A DNA stretch of 64,000 nt from Gammaproteobacteria bacterium (GTDB lineage Bacteria; Pseudomonadota; Gammaproteobacteria; S012-40), in NCBI GenBank assembly GCA_027021445.1, contig JALUUH010000053.1:27853-91852 (forward strand), read 5' to 3'. Below, piece after piece: positions 1-10,640 of this stretch. The translations under genes and the position numbers were made by a program. The notes under the pieces were generated by a model. It was not told the DNA's origin. It was given only the letters and a program-made list of their open reading frames with translations, and did no database searches. Each line of letters begins with the position of its first letter. Positions within the stretch are counted from its first letter, which is position 1.

Positions 1-3000
1 GATGGGCTGATTCGCTTTGCAGTTGATGCTGAAACGATTAATAACGACCAACAAGTAAAAGATGCGATAAAAAACTCAGGCAGCTTACAAGCCAATGGCG
101 GCACCATTGCTTTAACCGCAAAAACAGCCCAGGGCGTATTTGACCAAGCCATTAATAACGAAGGCCTGATCGAAGCCGGACGTATCGCAAACATCGGTGG
201 AGAAATTCATCTCGTCGGTATCGGCGCACCGGTTATTCACAGCGGCGAGATACTCGCAACCGGTAACAACGGCAATGGCGGCTTAGTGCATATTGAATCA
301 GATAATATGACCATAACAACCGGCAATAGCGTGACCGATGTTTCTGCGGAATCCGGCATCGGAGGATTCGTAAAATTTCTGGGCAAACTCGTGGGTCTGC
401 TTGATGATTCTTCAGTCGATGCTGCAGGCGAAACCGGTGGCGGGAAAATCCTAGTAGGCGGTACTTTCCAGGGCAAAGACGCTGTCATTCAAAACGCGGA
501 AAAAACCATCGTCGCAGCAAACGTCAACATTAAAGCCAATGCAAATACCACCGGCAACGGTGGTGAAGTTATTATCTGGTCGGATATTTTTACTCAATAC
601 TATGGCAGCATCGAAGCAATGGGGGGTAGCCAATCTGGGAATGGTGGATTTGTCGAAGTTTCGGGCAAGCAAACACTAACCACGATGGGTGCTATCGATA
701 CGAGTGCAGCCATGGGTGAGAGTGGGACTATATTGTTTGATCCATTGAATATCAAGATAGTCGCCACTGCAAGCACCAGCGGCTATGATGTATCAGACAA
801 CAAAGTCAGCTTTGCTGATGCCGAAGCTACTAATAGTGAGCTTCTCGCTAGCAATCTAGAAACCCTCAGCGGCAAGATCATCCTGCAAGCAACAAATGAT
901 ATTACTGTAGACAGTGCCGTTGCTTTAGGAAATGCAGCAACCGAATTTAATTTACAAGCAGGAAATAATATTAATGTAAATGCTGCGATTACAACAAACA
1001 ACACCGCAGGAACAGACATCCATTTAGAAGCAGACTCACCACATTCAACTTCAAACGCGGCAGACGGCGCGGGGAGTATAATATTTGGAGCCGGAGGCTC
1101 CATCAACAGCAATGGTGGAAACATCACTTTCATTGCAGCTGATTTTGATTTAGCTAACGCGATCAAAATAGATGCAGGTGGTACAAACAATGGTAATATA
1201 AATATTGCTTTATCCCAGCATAATAATGAGTCCGCAAAACTTAGCATTTCCGAATCTGACGACTCGTCGCAGCTTATGCAATCAGAGTTAGTTAAATTCC
1301 AAAATGTGAACACATTCACTATCGGCACCGCCACAACAAAAGGAGGGAATGGTGATGGCACCGGCAACGGCCCTAAAGCACCCAATGATTTACAGACACA
1401 TACGGTTAATATCAAAGGGTCTATAGACCTATCCACTGTTGCCGACACGTTAGATTTCACAACAAATGTTACCCTGGGCAACGCAACTACAATCAAAGTC
1501 AACAACATAAAGTTCAACGGCACGACACTGGATGCGGCCAATAATGCTTTATCGATTAATGCAACAGGTGAAATTGATATTAAATCTAATGTGGGTAATT
1601 TAGACGACCTGAGTATTCTTCAAGGAACAGCCACCGCAAACACCGTTACGAAAATTAACGCCGTTGACACCTTATCACTCGGCGGAACGGGCAATGTCAC
1701 CTTACTGGGCGCGTTGGACCGAAGTGATCAAACAGCGACTAATCTTGCAAACACATTAACCGTTCGAAATGCAGCTAATAATGCTGATGCAGATGCTACT
1801 TTTGGAAATACCATACTCACCGGTGATGTACGAATTGATGCAAGTAAGATTACTTTTGACGACTCTGATTCAAAAATATTTGATGCATCAAGCTTTGCAC
1901 TAACGCTTGATGCATCCAGCGGTGCAGCCGACAACGTTAGTATAAATGCTTCAGCAGTAAGCAACTTATCAAACCTTAACTTTGCTCAAGGCAATGCGGA
2001 CGCAAATACTCGCGCACTGCTCAATAACGTAGCGACACTTACTTTAGGTGAGTCCGATAACACGATTATTCTAGGCGGTGAACTTAACCGCACAGGCACA
2101 ACTAGCACAACGCTAAACGGACATCTTAACTTAGCTTCAAACACACTCACATCAGGTGGCAACTTTGATACTAACGGAAAAAATATTATAGCGGGTGAAC
2201 TAACTGTTGCCGATGGTACATTCAATTCTGAATCTACGGCTGGAACATGGGATGTCAATGGCAATGTTTCGGTATCCAGTGGCGCTATTCTAAACGCAAC
2301 AGCAGGCAACTTTTCCGTAGCAGGCGATTGGACAAACAGTGGAATATTTAACCATAACAGTAGCAGCATTGATTTTGATGGAATAACAGAGCAAACCATC
2401 ACCAGCGGTGGAAGTGCCTTTAATTCTGCCAGTGCATCAAATAACGTTGCGCTTCAAGATACGACTAGCATCAACACTATACTAACTATAGATAGCGGTA
2501 AAACCTTTAGCTTATCGGGTCAAAATTTTACACTTGGTACATTAACAAATAGCGGCACCTTGCAACTGCAAGGCAATGAAACCCTGGCCATCACCACCAT
2601 GGATACCGATTCCGGCACCGTGAAATATATCGGCACCGGGGGTAATAACACCTTCACCATCCAAGACTTTGGGGCTGCCGACTATAATAATCTCATTATC
2701 GACGGCGCGAGTAATGAGACCTTTCAATTGGCCGCCGACTTAAAAGCCACTAATACCTTAAGCATCGCTAATAACGATACGCTCTCCTTAGCTGGAAACG
2801 GGCTCGACATTGTCACTTTAGACAATGCCGGCACCTTGCAACTGCAAGGCAATGAAGCCCTGACCATCACCAATATGGACACCGATTCCGGCACCGTGAA
2901 ATATATCGGCACCGGGGGTAATAACACCTTCACCATCCAAGACTTTGGGGCTACCGATTATAATAATCTCATTATCGACGGCACGAGTAATGAGACCTTT

Positions 3001-6000
3001 CAATTGGCTGCTGATTTAAAAGCCACAGACACTTTAAGTATCGCTAATAACGATACACTCTCCCTGGCTGGAAACGGGCTTGACATTGTCACTTTAGACA
3101 ATGCAAGCACTCTGCAGCTGCAGGGCAATGAAGCCCTGACCATCACTAACATGGACACCGATTCCGGCACGGTGAAATATACCGGCACCGGGGGTAATAG
3201 CACTTTCATTATAAAAGACTTTGGGGCTACCGATTATTTTAACCTTGAAATTGCGAGCGCGAGTGGTAATGACGCTTTTATACTTGACGATGCACTGGTT
3301 ATCGGTAACGGTTTAACCATCACTACTGGCACACTTGATACAAAAGCAAGTGAATCAAACTCAATCAATATTGCCGGCAACTGGACAAACAACGGCGGAA
3401 GCTTTATCGCCAATAATGGCACCGTCACTTTTGATGGCACTACCGGCACCCAAAATATTACCAGCAGCAACGGTAATTTTTATAATCTCACCGCTTCCGG
3501 CGCATCTACCATCAACTTGCTAGATGGCTTAACCGTCGATAACATTCTGTTAAATAGCGCCGGTAACTTTAATGGCAACGCGGTAACGATTAGCAGTAAA
3601 GATTTTTCGCTCGCCGGGGGCACGTTTAATAACACTTCTGCTACGATGTTTGTTTCGGGGAATTGGTTAAATACCGGTGGCGTCTTCACGCATAACAACA
3701 GCACGGTCAACTTTAATGGCACGAGTGACACTCAAGACATTACCAGCAATAGCAATAATTTTTATAATCTCACGACTTCCGGCGCATCGGCTATCCGCTT
3801 GTTCGATGACTTAATCGTCAATAACGTCCTCTCAAATAACACCGGAAATTTCGATACCAACGGAAAAAATATAACCGCTGGCGGTTTAACTATTACCGGC
3901 GGTCTCTTCAATTCAACGCCAGCAGCGGGCGCTTGGGATATTAATGGTGACGTTTCGATTGCAAATGGCGCCATCCTAAATGCAACCAGTGGAGCATTTA
4001 CCGTTAGCGGAAATTGGATTAATAGCGGAACGTTCAACGCGAATAACGGTACCCTCAATTTTGATGGCACTACCGGCACCCAAAACATTACCAGCAACAA
4101 CGGTAATTTTTATAATCTCACCGCTTCCGGCGCATCTACCATCAACTTGCTGGATGGCTTAACCGTCGATAACATTCTGTTAAATAGCGCCGGTAACTTT
4201 AATGGCAACGCGGTGGCGATTAGCAGTAAAGAGTTTTCGCTCTCCGGGGGCACGTTTAATAACACCTCCGCTACGATGCTTGTTTCGGGTAATTGGACAA
4301 ATAACGGAGGAACATTTAACGCCAACAATGGTGCGGTTATATTTTCTGGAGCATCAAATCAAACAGTTACCGAAACGGGTGTATTTAACACTATAAGCAT
4401 AGCAAAATCAGCTGGCGATATTAGCTTTGCAAATACATTGATTAGCGAATCTTTAGCGGCAAGCAGCGGAAATTATTCGATTGCATTAAAGGGTGTTGCG
4501 AACAAAATCGATGGCAATACGATATTCCTAAATAGCGGCACAGTCACACTCGGCGAAACAACTTTTGCGAATGGTGTGCAACACCTATCAGGAAATACCA
4601 TTATAAATGGAGGATTATCTTCGAACACGGGAAATTTTATTTTTAAAAGCCTATCCGGTTCCAACATCGCACTAACAGGTAATGTTTTATTAAACCAAGA
4701 CTTAAACTTATCAAGTAACGGAAATATTTCAATTAACGGCAATCTATTGGCTAATTCAACCAGTTCCTTAGTCATTGATGGCAGCACAAACACTACTTTC
4801 ACCATTACTGGAGACATCGGAAAAAATATTGATGGGGAAAAGATTTCATCAGTACTCATTAGTGACGATGGCTCTATAGCTGGCGCAAATATTTTGCTCG
4901 CCAACATTAACAACATCTATGCTGATAACACTATAAATATAGCCGCAAATACCATCAATATAGATAATATAAGCACTGACATATTTGCAAAAAATGCAAT
5001 GACTTTATCCGACATTCAGACTAACACGCTTGGTGCTGCATTAAACCTTCAGTCGAATAATATCATCCATAAAAATATTTCAGGCATCAGTAAACTTAAG
5101 ATAGATACACCAACTTATACCCCAACATCTTCTTCAACGATAACGGTAGAAGAGCTCACATTCGCTAATTCCAGTGGAAATATATTTTTGCAAGAAGCAA
5201 CAAGCGGCAATAGCAATGACCTTAATATCGGAAACACGCAACTTAAGGTATTTGATGTAACATCAAAATATATTTTTGAATCCACTAACGGTGATGTTTT
5301 TTTTACCTACAATGACCCGTTAAACGCTTCAACGTTTGCCAACAAAGTTATAGAAATAAACAATGGTGGAATCCTTAGCTTCGCAGGTGCAGAAAACAAG
5401 TTTTTCCGATTAACCGCTAATAGCAATAACATTAATATACTGGATGCTGCCAAAGTCACAACCACAGAATCTATTTTTTTGAATGCAAAAGAGGTGCTCA
5501 CAATCGCTGGAATACTGGAAACCAAGGGCGCAGACAGCACCCTTTCCTTGACGGGTAACTCAATCGCTTTTGGCTCTGCAGGCAACCTCGCTTCGGCGGT
5601 AACCGCAGCGGGAAATCTTGTTTTAGCAACTACTTCCGGTTTCAATCTTAACGGAGACACAACCATTAGCGCAGCGAGTGATATAGATCTTAGTGGAACC
5701 GATATTAATCGTGGAATAGCTCAGGCTGCACTCACAGTACAATCAACAGGGGGAAATATCATCCTCGGCAATATCGGGAAAACCACTGCACCCGTACTAT
5801 CATTAACCATCAATGCAAGCAATGGAATATTAACCTTAAAAGGTGATATCAACACCACGGGCGAAGTCAACTTTTCTGCGGTCACCAATATTGTTGCCGA
5901 TGGTTCAATAACAATCCGTGCGGACGGTGGACTTGATGTAGCCACAGTGGGAATCAACGGCAACCAAGATAATAGCGGCTCACTTGCTATTTATTCAACG

Positions 6001-8337
6001 ACTGGACCAATCAACTTGAATAGTATCGGTACCACGGAAGCACTGGCATTTTTAAGCATTGGCAGTGACAAATTATTAACCATTACTGGAAACATCACCG
6101 TAACTAACACACTTGATTTAAGCGGCACAAAAATAATTAACTTTGTAGGAGACTCAATCATTACTGCCAACAATGCAACTGCGAAAGTCAATTTGGCTGT
6201 CGGCACCAGCGTTAATGGCGATGCAGGCCTAACGATAAATAACTCGGGCGAAACTTTCCTAGGTGGAACCATGAACTTCGTGAAGGATTTGAATTTCAGC
6301 AATGCAGGTACTCTCAATATCAGCAAAAACCTAACCATGCGTAGCAATGGCATTTTATCGTTTGCCGGAAATATTATTTCATCGGGCACGACTTCATCTA
6401 TCGATATGAGTGGTCTGAGCAGCATAACATTAGCCAACGATACAGATTTTAATACCTCGGCAAGCAATGCCTCGCTAAACCTTTCAAGCACTGGGATTCA
6501 AGGCCCTGGAGCTTTATCCATCAATACGGGCTCGGGAAATTTAACCCTCAGCACTATCGGCGACACGGCCACTTTGAGAAGTTTAACCGTCGCGAGTTCA
6601 GGCCTAAGCACCTTAGAAGGTAATATCACCACCGGAAAAACGGGCATTAATTTTTCCAATGCAAGCAATATTCTATTAGGCAACGATATTACCCTAGCGA
6701 CCCGTGATAATGGCATAATCACAATGGATGGTGGCGCAGTTAATGGTACGTTTAGCTTGACACTAAACACACCAGGTAACGGGACGGTTACTATTAACAG
6801 CATGGGTCAGGAAACGAATAATGCGCTGTCTTCTTTGACCGTTATCAACTCCGGCGAAACTTTTTTCAATAACGCAAACATTATGGCAGTTGGTGAGAAC
6901 AGCATTAACTTATCTCAAGCCCCACAAGTTTATATGATCGGTGATGTTGTTTTTGAAAGCACAGCAAACACCGGCATTGTTAAGCTCAACGGTGGCAAGA
7001 TCGACGGTGATGGTTCACTCACGGTGATTGCCAATGAAGGCATGGTCGAACTTGGCACCGTGGGTAGTAAAGTACCGCTTGCATTTTTGAATATTCAATC
7101 TAATGGAGGCAGCAAAGCATTCGGAAATATCACCACGCTGAACAATATAGATTTAGCGCTTGCTACAATGAGTAGTGGAATCACCACGCCTCTCTTTGAT
7201 TGGTCGTTGACATCAACAAATGGTGACATTCTATTAGGGGACTTAACAAATGGAACTCTATTTGGCTCGATTACTGCGACTTCAGGTAATAAAATAGTGT
7301 TGAACGGTAATATATCTACTCAGGGCACAGGGATAAGTTTAAAGAGTCCAACACCTGACAGACTGACTGCTAATGTTGTGCTAGCTTCTGATGTAACAAT
7401 CAACACAAGTTTAGGCAATGGTATTATTGATCTAAGCAATACCTTATTATTTGGCAAAGACGAAAGTGCAACCGGGGATACGTTTGGGCTAACGTTAACT
7501 TCAGGCGAAGCTAATATTCTACTCAATAGCTCTGATCAAAACTCGGCACTGACTTATTTGAATGTAACGACTTTGGCAGATGCCTTAACGACCGGAAAAC
7601 TATACGTTGACCAAAACATTGACTACACAAGCGGTTCTTTTAACCAAGATAGTCTATCCAGCATTACCTCAAATTTTGCTAATATTGTAGTCACTGCTAA
7701 CACAGGAAATGTAGCGCTGGGTTTACTCTCAGCACCTAATGGTACGGTAACCGTTAATTCTGTTACCGGAAGTATATTAAGCAATACCAGCACGCCATTT
7801 ATTGATACCACTACTGGAGTAAGAAGCAAAGGAACAGAGGAAACCATTAACATCGCCGCGCAAAATACAGTGTTGAATTCTGCGGGATCTTTTGGTGCTT
7901 CAACGATAGATCCTATTATTGTGGCCGTTGACCCAAATGGAAAAATAGACATTAATTTTAGTGCTGCACGCGGTTATATCGACAACCTTAATGGTACAGC
8001 TATCAATAACCTTTCAAGCAACTCTTTAATCGATCAGCTGCAAATCCGCAGTGCGATATCTGATACGATTGCAGTAACTAATAAGAAGTTAGACCTAGGA
8101 GTCATTGCACAATCTGAATTTGTGCTGGGAGAAACACTTTTTGGAATTCTCGGCACTGGCTTTTATGTCGCGCATGCGAGCGGTACAGGCTCGATAACCG
8201 CACGCTCTCTGGTACCGGACGTACCTGCGTTATTACAAGATACAACCGGCTGGAAGTTTGAGCGCCCGAGCAAGAAAAAACGCAGAACCATTCATAAGTC
8301 ACGGAATAAAAATGAAACGCTGATTAATTGGTTTTGA
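1..8337 (+). CDS. Giant TpsA / filamentous-haemagglutinin-like exoprotein (two-partner-secretion passenger); 5' end lies upstream of the window
   Basis: Frame 1 is open from nt 1 with no stop before the listed ORF at 286, so the gene continues upstream. Nt 1-900 encode GNGGFVEVSGK, IIWSDIFT and ILFDPLNIKI-type motifs characteristic of the distal part of the TPS/haemagglutination-activity domain. The rest is an Asn/Thr/Gly-rich beta-helical repeat protein with internal tandem repeats and a basic C-terminal tail (KKKRRTIHKSRNK). Confidence 0.8.
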   Translation, partial: DGLIRFAVDAETINNDQQVKDAIKNSGSLQANGGTIALTAKTAQGVFDQAINNEGLIEAGRIANIGGEIHLVGIGAPVIHSGEILATGNNGNGGLVHIESDNMTITTGNSVTDVSAESGIGGFVKFLGKLVGLLDDSSVDAAGETGGGKILVGGTFQGKDAVIQNAEKTIVAANVNIKANANTTGNGGEVIIWSDIFTQYYGSIEAMGGSQSGNGGFVEVSGKQTLTTMGAIDTSAAMGESGTILFDPLNIKIVATASTSGYDVSDNKVSFADAEATNSELLASNLETLSGKIILQATNDITVDSAVALGNAATEFNLQAGNNINVNAAITTNNTAGTDIHLEADSPHSTSNAADGAGSIIFGAGGSINSNGGNITFIAADFDLANAIKIDAGGTNNGNINIALSQHNNESAKLSISESDDSSQLMQSELVKFQNVNTFTIGTATTKGGNGDGTGNGPKAPNDLQTHTVNIKGSIDLSTVADTLDFTTNVTLGNATTIKVNNIKFNGTTLDAANNALSINATGEIDIKSNVGNLDDLSILQGTATANTVTKINAVDTLSLGGTGNVTLLGALDRSDQTATNLANTLTVRNAANNADADATFGNTILTGDVRIDASKITFDDSDSKIFDASSFALTLDASSGAADNVSINASAVSNLSNLNFAQGNADANTRALLNNVATLTLGESDNTIILGGELNRTGTTSTTLNGHLNLASNTLTSGGNFDTNGKNIIAGELTVADGTFNSESTAGTWDVNGNVSVSSGAILNATAGNFSVAGDWTNSGIFNHNSSSIDFDGITEQTITSGGSAFNSASASNNVALQDTTSINTILTIDSGKTFSLSGQNFTLGTLTNSGTLQLQGNETLAITTMDTDSGTVKYIGTGGNNTFTIQDFGAADYNNLIIDGASNETFQLAADLKATNTLSIANNDTLSLAGNGLDIVTLDNAGTLQLQGNEALTITNMDTDSGTVKYIGTGGNNTFTIQDFGATDYNNLIIDGTSNETFQLAADLKATDTLSIANNDTLSLAGNGLDIVTLDNASTLQLQGNEALTITNMDTDSGTVKYTGTGGNSTFIIKDFGATDYFNLEIASASGNDAFILDDALVIGNGLTITTGTLDTKASESNSINIAGNWTNNGGSFIANNGTVTFDGTTGTQNITSSNGNFYNLTASGASTINLLDGLTVDNILLNSAGNFNGNAVTISSKDFSLAGGTFNNTSATMFVSGNWLNTGGVFTHNNSTVNFNGTSDTQDITSNSNNFYNLTTSGASAIRLFDDLIVNNVLSNNTGNFDTNGKNITAGGLTITGGLFNSTPAAGAWDINGDVSIANGAILNATSGAFTVSGNWINSGTFNANNGTLNFDGTTGTQNITSNNGNFYNLTASGASTINLLDGLTVDNILLNSAGNFNGNAVAISSKEFSLSGGTFNNTSATMLVSGNWTNNGGTFNANNGAVIFSGASNQTVTETGVFNTISIAKSAGDISFANTLISESLAASSGNYSIALKGVANKIDGNTIFLNSGTVTLGETTFANGVQHLSGNTIINGGLSSNTGNFIFKSLSGSNIALTGNVLLNQDLNLSSNGNISINGNLLANSTSSLVIDGSTNTTFTITGDIGKNIDGEKISSVLISDDGSIAGANILLANINNIYADNTINIAANTINIDNISTDIFAKNAMTLSDIQTNTLGAALNLQSNNIIHKNISGISKLKIDTPTYTPTSSSTITVEELTFANSSGNIFLQEATSGNSNDLNIGNTQLKVFDVTSKYIFESTNGDVFFTYNDPLNASTFANKVIEINNGGILSFAGAENKFFRLTANSNNINILDAAKVTTTESIFLNAKEVLTIAGILETKGADSTLSLTGNSIAFGSAGNLASAVTAAGNLVLATTSGFNLNGDTTISAASDIDLSGTDINRGIAQAALTVQSTGGNIILGNIGKTTAPVLSLTINASNGILTLKGDINTTGEVNFSAVTNIVADGSITIRADGGLDVATVGINGNQDNSGSLAIYSTTGPINLNSIGTTEALAFLSIGSDKLLTITGNITVTNTLDLSGTKIINFVGDSIITANNATAKVNLAVGTSVNGDAGLTINNSGETFLGGTMNFVKDLNFSNAGTLNISKNLTMRSNGILSFAGNIISSGTTSSIDMSGLSSITLANDTDFNTSASNASLNLSSTGIQGPGALSINTGSGNLTLSTIGDTATLRSLTVASSGLSTLEGNITTGKTGINFSNASNILLGNDITLATRDNGIITMDGGAVNGTFSLTLNTPGNGTVTINSMGQETNNALSSLTVINSGETFFNNANIMAVGENSINLSQAPQVYMIGDVVFESTANTGIVKLNGGKIDGDGSLTVIANEGMVELGTVGSKVPLAFLNIQSNGGSKAFGNITTLNNIDLALATMSSGITTPLFDWSLTSTNGDILLGDLTNGTLFGSITATSGNKIVLNGNISTQGTGISLKSPTPDRLTANVVLASDVTINTSLGNGIIDLSNTLLFGKDESATGDTFGLTLTSGEANILLNSSDQNSALTYLNVTTLADALTTGKLYVDQNIDYTSGSFNQDSLSSITSNFANIVVTANTGNVALGLLSAPNGTVTVNSVTGSILSNTSTPFIDTTTGVRSKGTEETINIAAQNTVLNSAGSFGASTIDPIIVAVDPNGKIDINFSAARGYIDNLNGTAINNLSSNSLIDQLQIRSAISDTIAVTNKKLDLGVIAQSEFVLGETLFGILGTGFYVAHASGTGSITARSLVPDVPALLQDTTGWKFERPSKKKRRTIHKSRNKNETLINWF
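2554..3240 (+). repeat. Intragenic tandem repeat, 276-bp unit (92 aa: TLQLQGNEALTITNMDTDSGTVKYIGTGGNNTFTIQDFGA...LDIVTLDNAG), about 2.5 copies
   Basis: The same 92-aa block starts at 2554, 2830 and 3106 (period 276 bp) with near-identical nucleotide sequence. The six-frame track shows duplicated antisense ORFs (2542..2727 / 2818..3003 and 2724..2936 / 3000..3209) as a by-product. Confidence 0.85.
3378..4330 (+). repeat. Intragenic higher-order repeat, about 636-bp (212 aa) unit duplicated, with about 66-aa sub-repeats (NW.N.G.F..NN.TV.FDGTTGTQNITS.NGNFYNLTASGAS...)
   Basis: Residues NWTNNGGSFIANNGTVTFDGTTGTQNITSSNGNFYNLTASGASTINLLDGLTVDNILLNSAGNFNGNAV recur about 212 aa later with only a few substitutions. 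Nt 3430-3580 and 4060-4210 are nearly identical at the DNA level. Confidence 0.8.
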
Positions 8338-8355
8338 TTTTATATTGAGACCTTT

Positions 8356-10365
8356 TTATTCATTGTAAATCAAATAGCGGTTATTGCCGCCATCGGCCAC
8401 TATTAGCTGACTACCATGCAGATATATTCCAGCGGGAAAATTGAGTGAAGCTGCACTAGCATTCGGTGTATTTGAAAACATATCTACCTGCCCTAGAACG
8501 ACATCTGCCGGAGCAAAATTTATTGATGGAAATTCATTCCAAATCAACACTCGGTTGTTTTCAGAATCGGTGATATACAATTGTCGACCGTTTGAATACA
8601 CGCCATTATAAGGCGAATTAAGCGTAGAGGCGGTTGGGTTAGAAACTCCATTATTCACTGTCCCTACGTCAAAACCATTTTGACCTAATACAATATCCGC
8701 TGGCGCAAAGCTACTACTAGGAAAGGTATTCCAGATCAGAGCACGATGATTACTATAATCCAAAACAACTAGCTTTGTTCCATCAGTCCAAACACCCGCA
8801 GGCTCATTTAATGTAGAAGCACTCGGTGAATCTGAGTTTCCATCATTATCCAGGTCATTTGCCCCACAATGATTAAAGTCCTGCTGGCCCAATACCAAAT
8901 CTGCTTGAACATTATTATCAGAGGGTATGTTATTCCAAATAAGTACGCGATTGTTACTACGATCAGCCACAACCAACTTTCCATTTGCTGCCCAGAGTGA
9001 TTCAGGAGATGAAAAATTTACCGATGTACACCCTGCAGTACTTGAACCAAAATTATCCTGCCCTAATACAATCTCAGCTGGAACTCCCCCACTTGTCGGG
9101 ATACTGTTCCAAATCAATACACGATTCACGGCTTCTTCAACGACAAACATTCTATTCTCGTCAAACGAAACTGACTGAGGGCTATCAGTACCAACATCAC
9201 TTAGCGTAGTATTTGTTGTTGAAAAATCTGGCTGGCCTATTACAAAATTAGCGCTCGCATTTGACTCATTTGGAATGGCATTAAAACCAAGTATTCTCCT
9301 ATTCCCAGCATCAGGTAAATACAATACGCCATTAGCTACACTGGAATTTCCATAGGGTGATTTAAGTGTGTTTTCTTTCGGTGTATCAGTATTAGTTTGG
9401 TTTTTATCGGTACTATCAAAATCAACCTGCCCTATCACAACACTTGCAGCGTGATTATCCACAAAATCATTTACCGGTCTCACCTCAAATGTGATAACAC
9501 CTGAAACGCTATCTAGCGAACCATCATTAACCACAAAACTAATTTCATCAGTACCGTAATAATTGCTGCTTGGCGTATAAATCAAATTAGGTGCTGTACC
9601 AGTTAGAGAACCACTAGTCGGCCCAGAGACAACTAAATAATTGAGCGATGTATCTCCATCAATATCGCTACCCGTAAGAACAAAAGCTTTCGGCACATCT
9701 TCATCCATCGTCAAACTTTGACTCTCAGCCGAAGGTGCATCATTCACTGGGTTTACAGTAATGTTAACTATTCCTTCTGCACTCTCTAGCCCACCATCAT
9801 TCACTGTAAAACTAAACGTATCTATTCCATTAAAATCAAGACTCGGCGTATAAAGAAGATTAGGCATTGTGCCACTCAGCGTTCCATTGCTGGGGTTGGC
9901 TTTCACGATATAGCTTAGCGTCGCACCTTCGGGGTCGCTGCCTTTAAGCTCAATCGTAACGGCCTCTTCTTCTTTGGTATTTGCGGTTATTGTTTCTGCA
10001 ATAGGTATGTCATCCAATGGATTTATGGTGATACGCACGATTGCGATTTCACTTTCCGCCTTGCCATCGCTCACCGAAAATTCAAAAGTATCTTCGCCAT
10101 TAAAATTAGCATTTGGGCTATAACTGAGATTTGGCACTATACCATTCAAACTGCCATTACTCGGCACAGTGGTAATTTTATAGCTTAAGACATCAGCATC
10201 GCTATCAAGCCCCGTAAGCTTGATATTCGTTATCACATCTTCATCAATTGTTATAAATTGAGCTTCTGCAACCGGAGGATTGTTGTCATCACCTCTGCCA
10301 CAAGCGCTCAGCATGCCTACCGCCGCCAGCAGCAAGGCTATTCCGCTTCCCTTCTTTATTTCCAT
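8356..10365 (-). CDS. Surface lipoprotein with tandem cadherin/Ig-like (VCBS-type, PVNDAP) repeats and a C-terminal NHL-repeat beta-propeller
   Basis: N-terminus MEIKKGSGIALLLAAVGMLSAC is a signal peptide with a lipobox. Four roughly 95-aa repeats each end in ...ITV/INPVNDAP. The C-terminal half has repeated NNRVLIWN / NHRALIWN / NNRYLIYN motifs typical of NHL repeats. The gene is convergent with the giant exoprotein gene. Confidence 0.7.
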   Translation of the reverse strand: MEIKKGSGIALLLAAVGMLSACGRGDDNNPPVAEAQFITIDEDVITNIKLTGLDSDADVLSYKITTVPSNGSLNGIVPNLSYSPNANFNGEDTFEFSVSDGKAESEIAIVRITINPLDDIPIAETITANTKEEEAVTIELKGSDPEGATLSYIVKANPSNGTLSGTMPNLLYTPSLDFNGIDTFSFTVNDGGLESAEGIVNITVNPVNDAPSAESQSLTMDEDVPKAFVLTGSDIDGDTSLNYLVVSGPTSGSLTGTAPNLIYTPSSNYYGTDEISFVVNDGSLDSVSGVITFEVRPVNDFVDNHAASVVIGQVDFDSTDKNQTNTDTPKENTLKSPYGNSSVANGVLYLPDAGNRRILGFNAIPNESNASANFVIGQPDFSTTNTTLSDVGTDSPQSVSFDENRMFVVEEAVNRVLIWNSIPTSGGVPAEIVLGQDNFGSSTAGCTSVNFSSPESLWAANGKLVVADRSNNRVLIWNNIPSDNNVQADLVLGQQDFNHCGANDLDNDGNSDSPSASTLNEPAGVWTDGTKLVVLDYSNHRALIWNTFPSSSFAPADIVLGQNGFDVGTVNNGVSNPTASTLNSPYNGVYSNGRQLYITDSENNRVLIWNEFPSINFAPADVVLGQVDMFSNTPNASAASLNFPAGIYLHGSQLIVADGGNNRYLIYNE

Positions 10366-10410
10366 AACTTTATTTCCATAACTTTATTTTCCTAACTTTA
10401 TTTTCCAATG
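10350..10410. repeat. 14-bp tandem repeat (CTTTATTTCCATAA, about 3.5 copies) overlapping the start codon and 5' leader of the lipoprotein gene
   Basis: Plus strand reads ctttatt tccataa ctttatt tccataa ctttatttt cctaa ctttatttt cc. On the coding (minus) strand each unit is GGAAATAAAGTTAT and carries an ATG. Only the most downstream ATG (10365) is in frame with the ORF. Confidence 0.7.
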
Positions 10411-10640
10411 AGATTCCGACTAAACGTTTACCGAAAAGATGTTCGGTTTTTAGCTGAATGCTTTATAGCGATTACATATATATCTTTGAGTCCATATGTT
10501 CAATCTAGAGCATGGCGCATATTACATTATTGAAAATTTTTCAATAGATTCGTCTGTAAACTCATTGTAATGCACCTCAATAATTTGCTCGATTTACTTC
10601 AGTTGTAAACGTGAAAGTTGATAGTTTTTACCAATGAAAA

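Noticed and set aside
237-8302. Numerous 60-250-codon ORFs on the minus strand (and +2/+3 frames) inside 1..8337
   Set aside because: They are antisense or out of frame to a continuous 2700+-codon adhesin ORF. The duplicated pairs (2542/2818, 2724/3000) simply mirror the tandem repeats of the sense gene.
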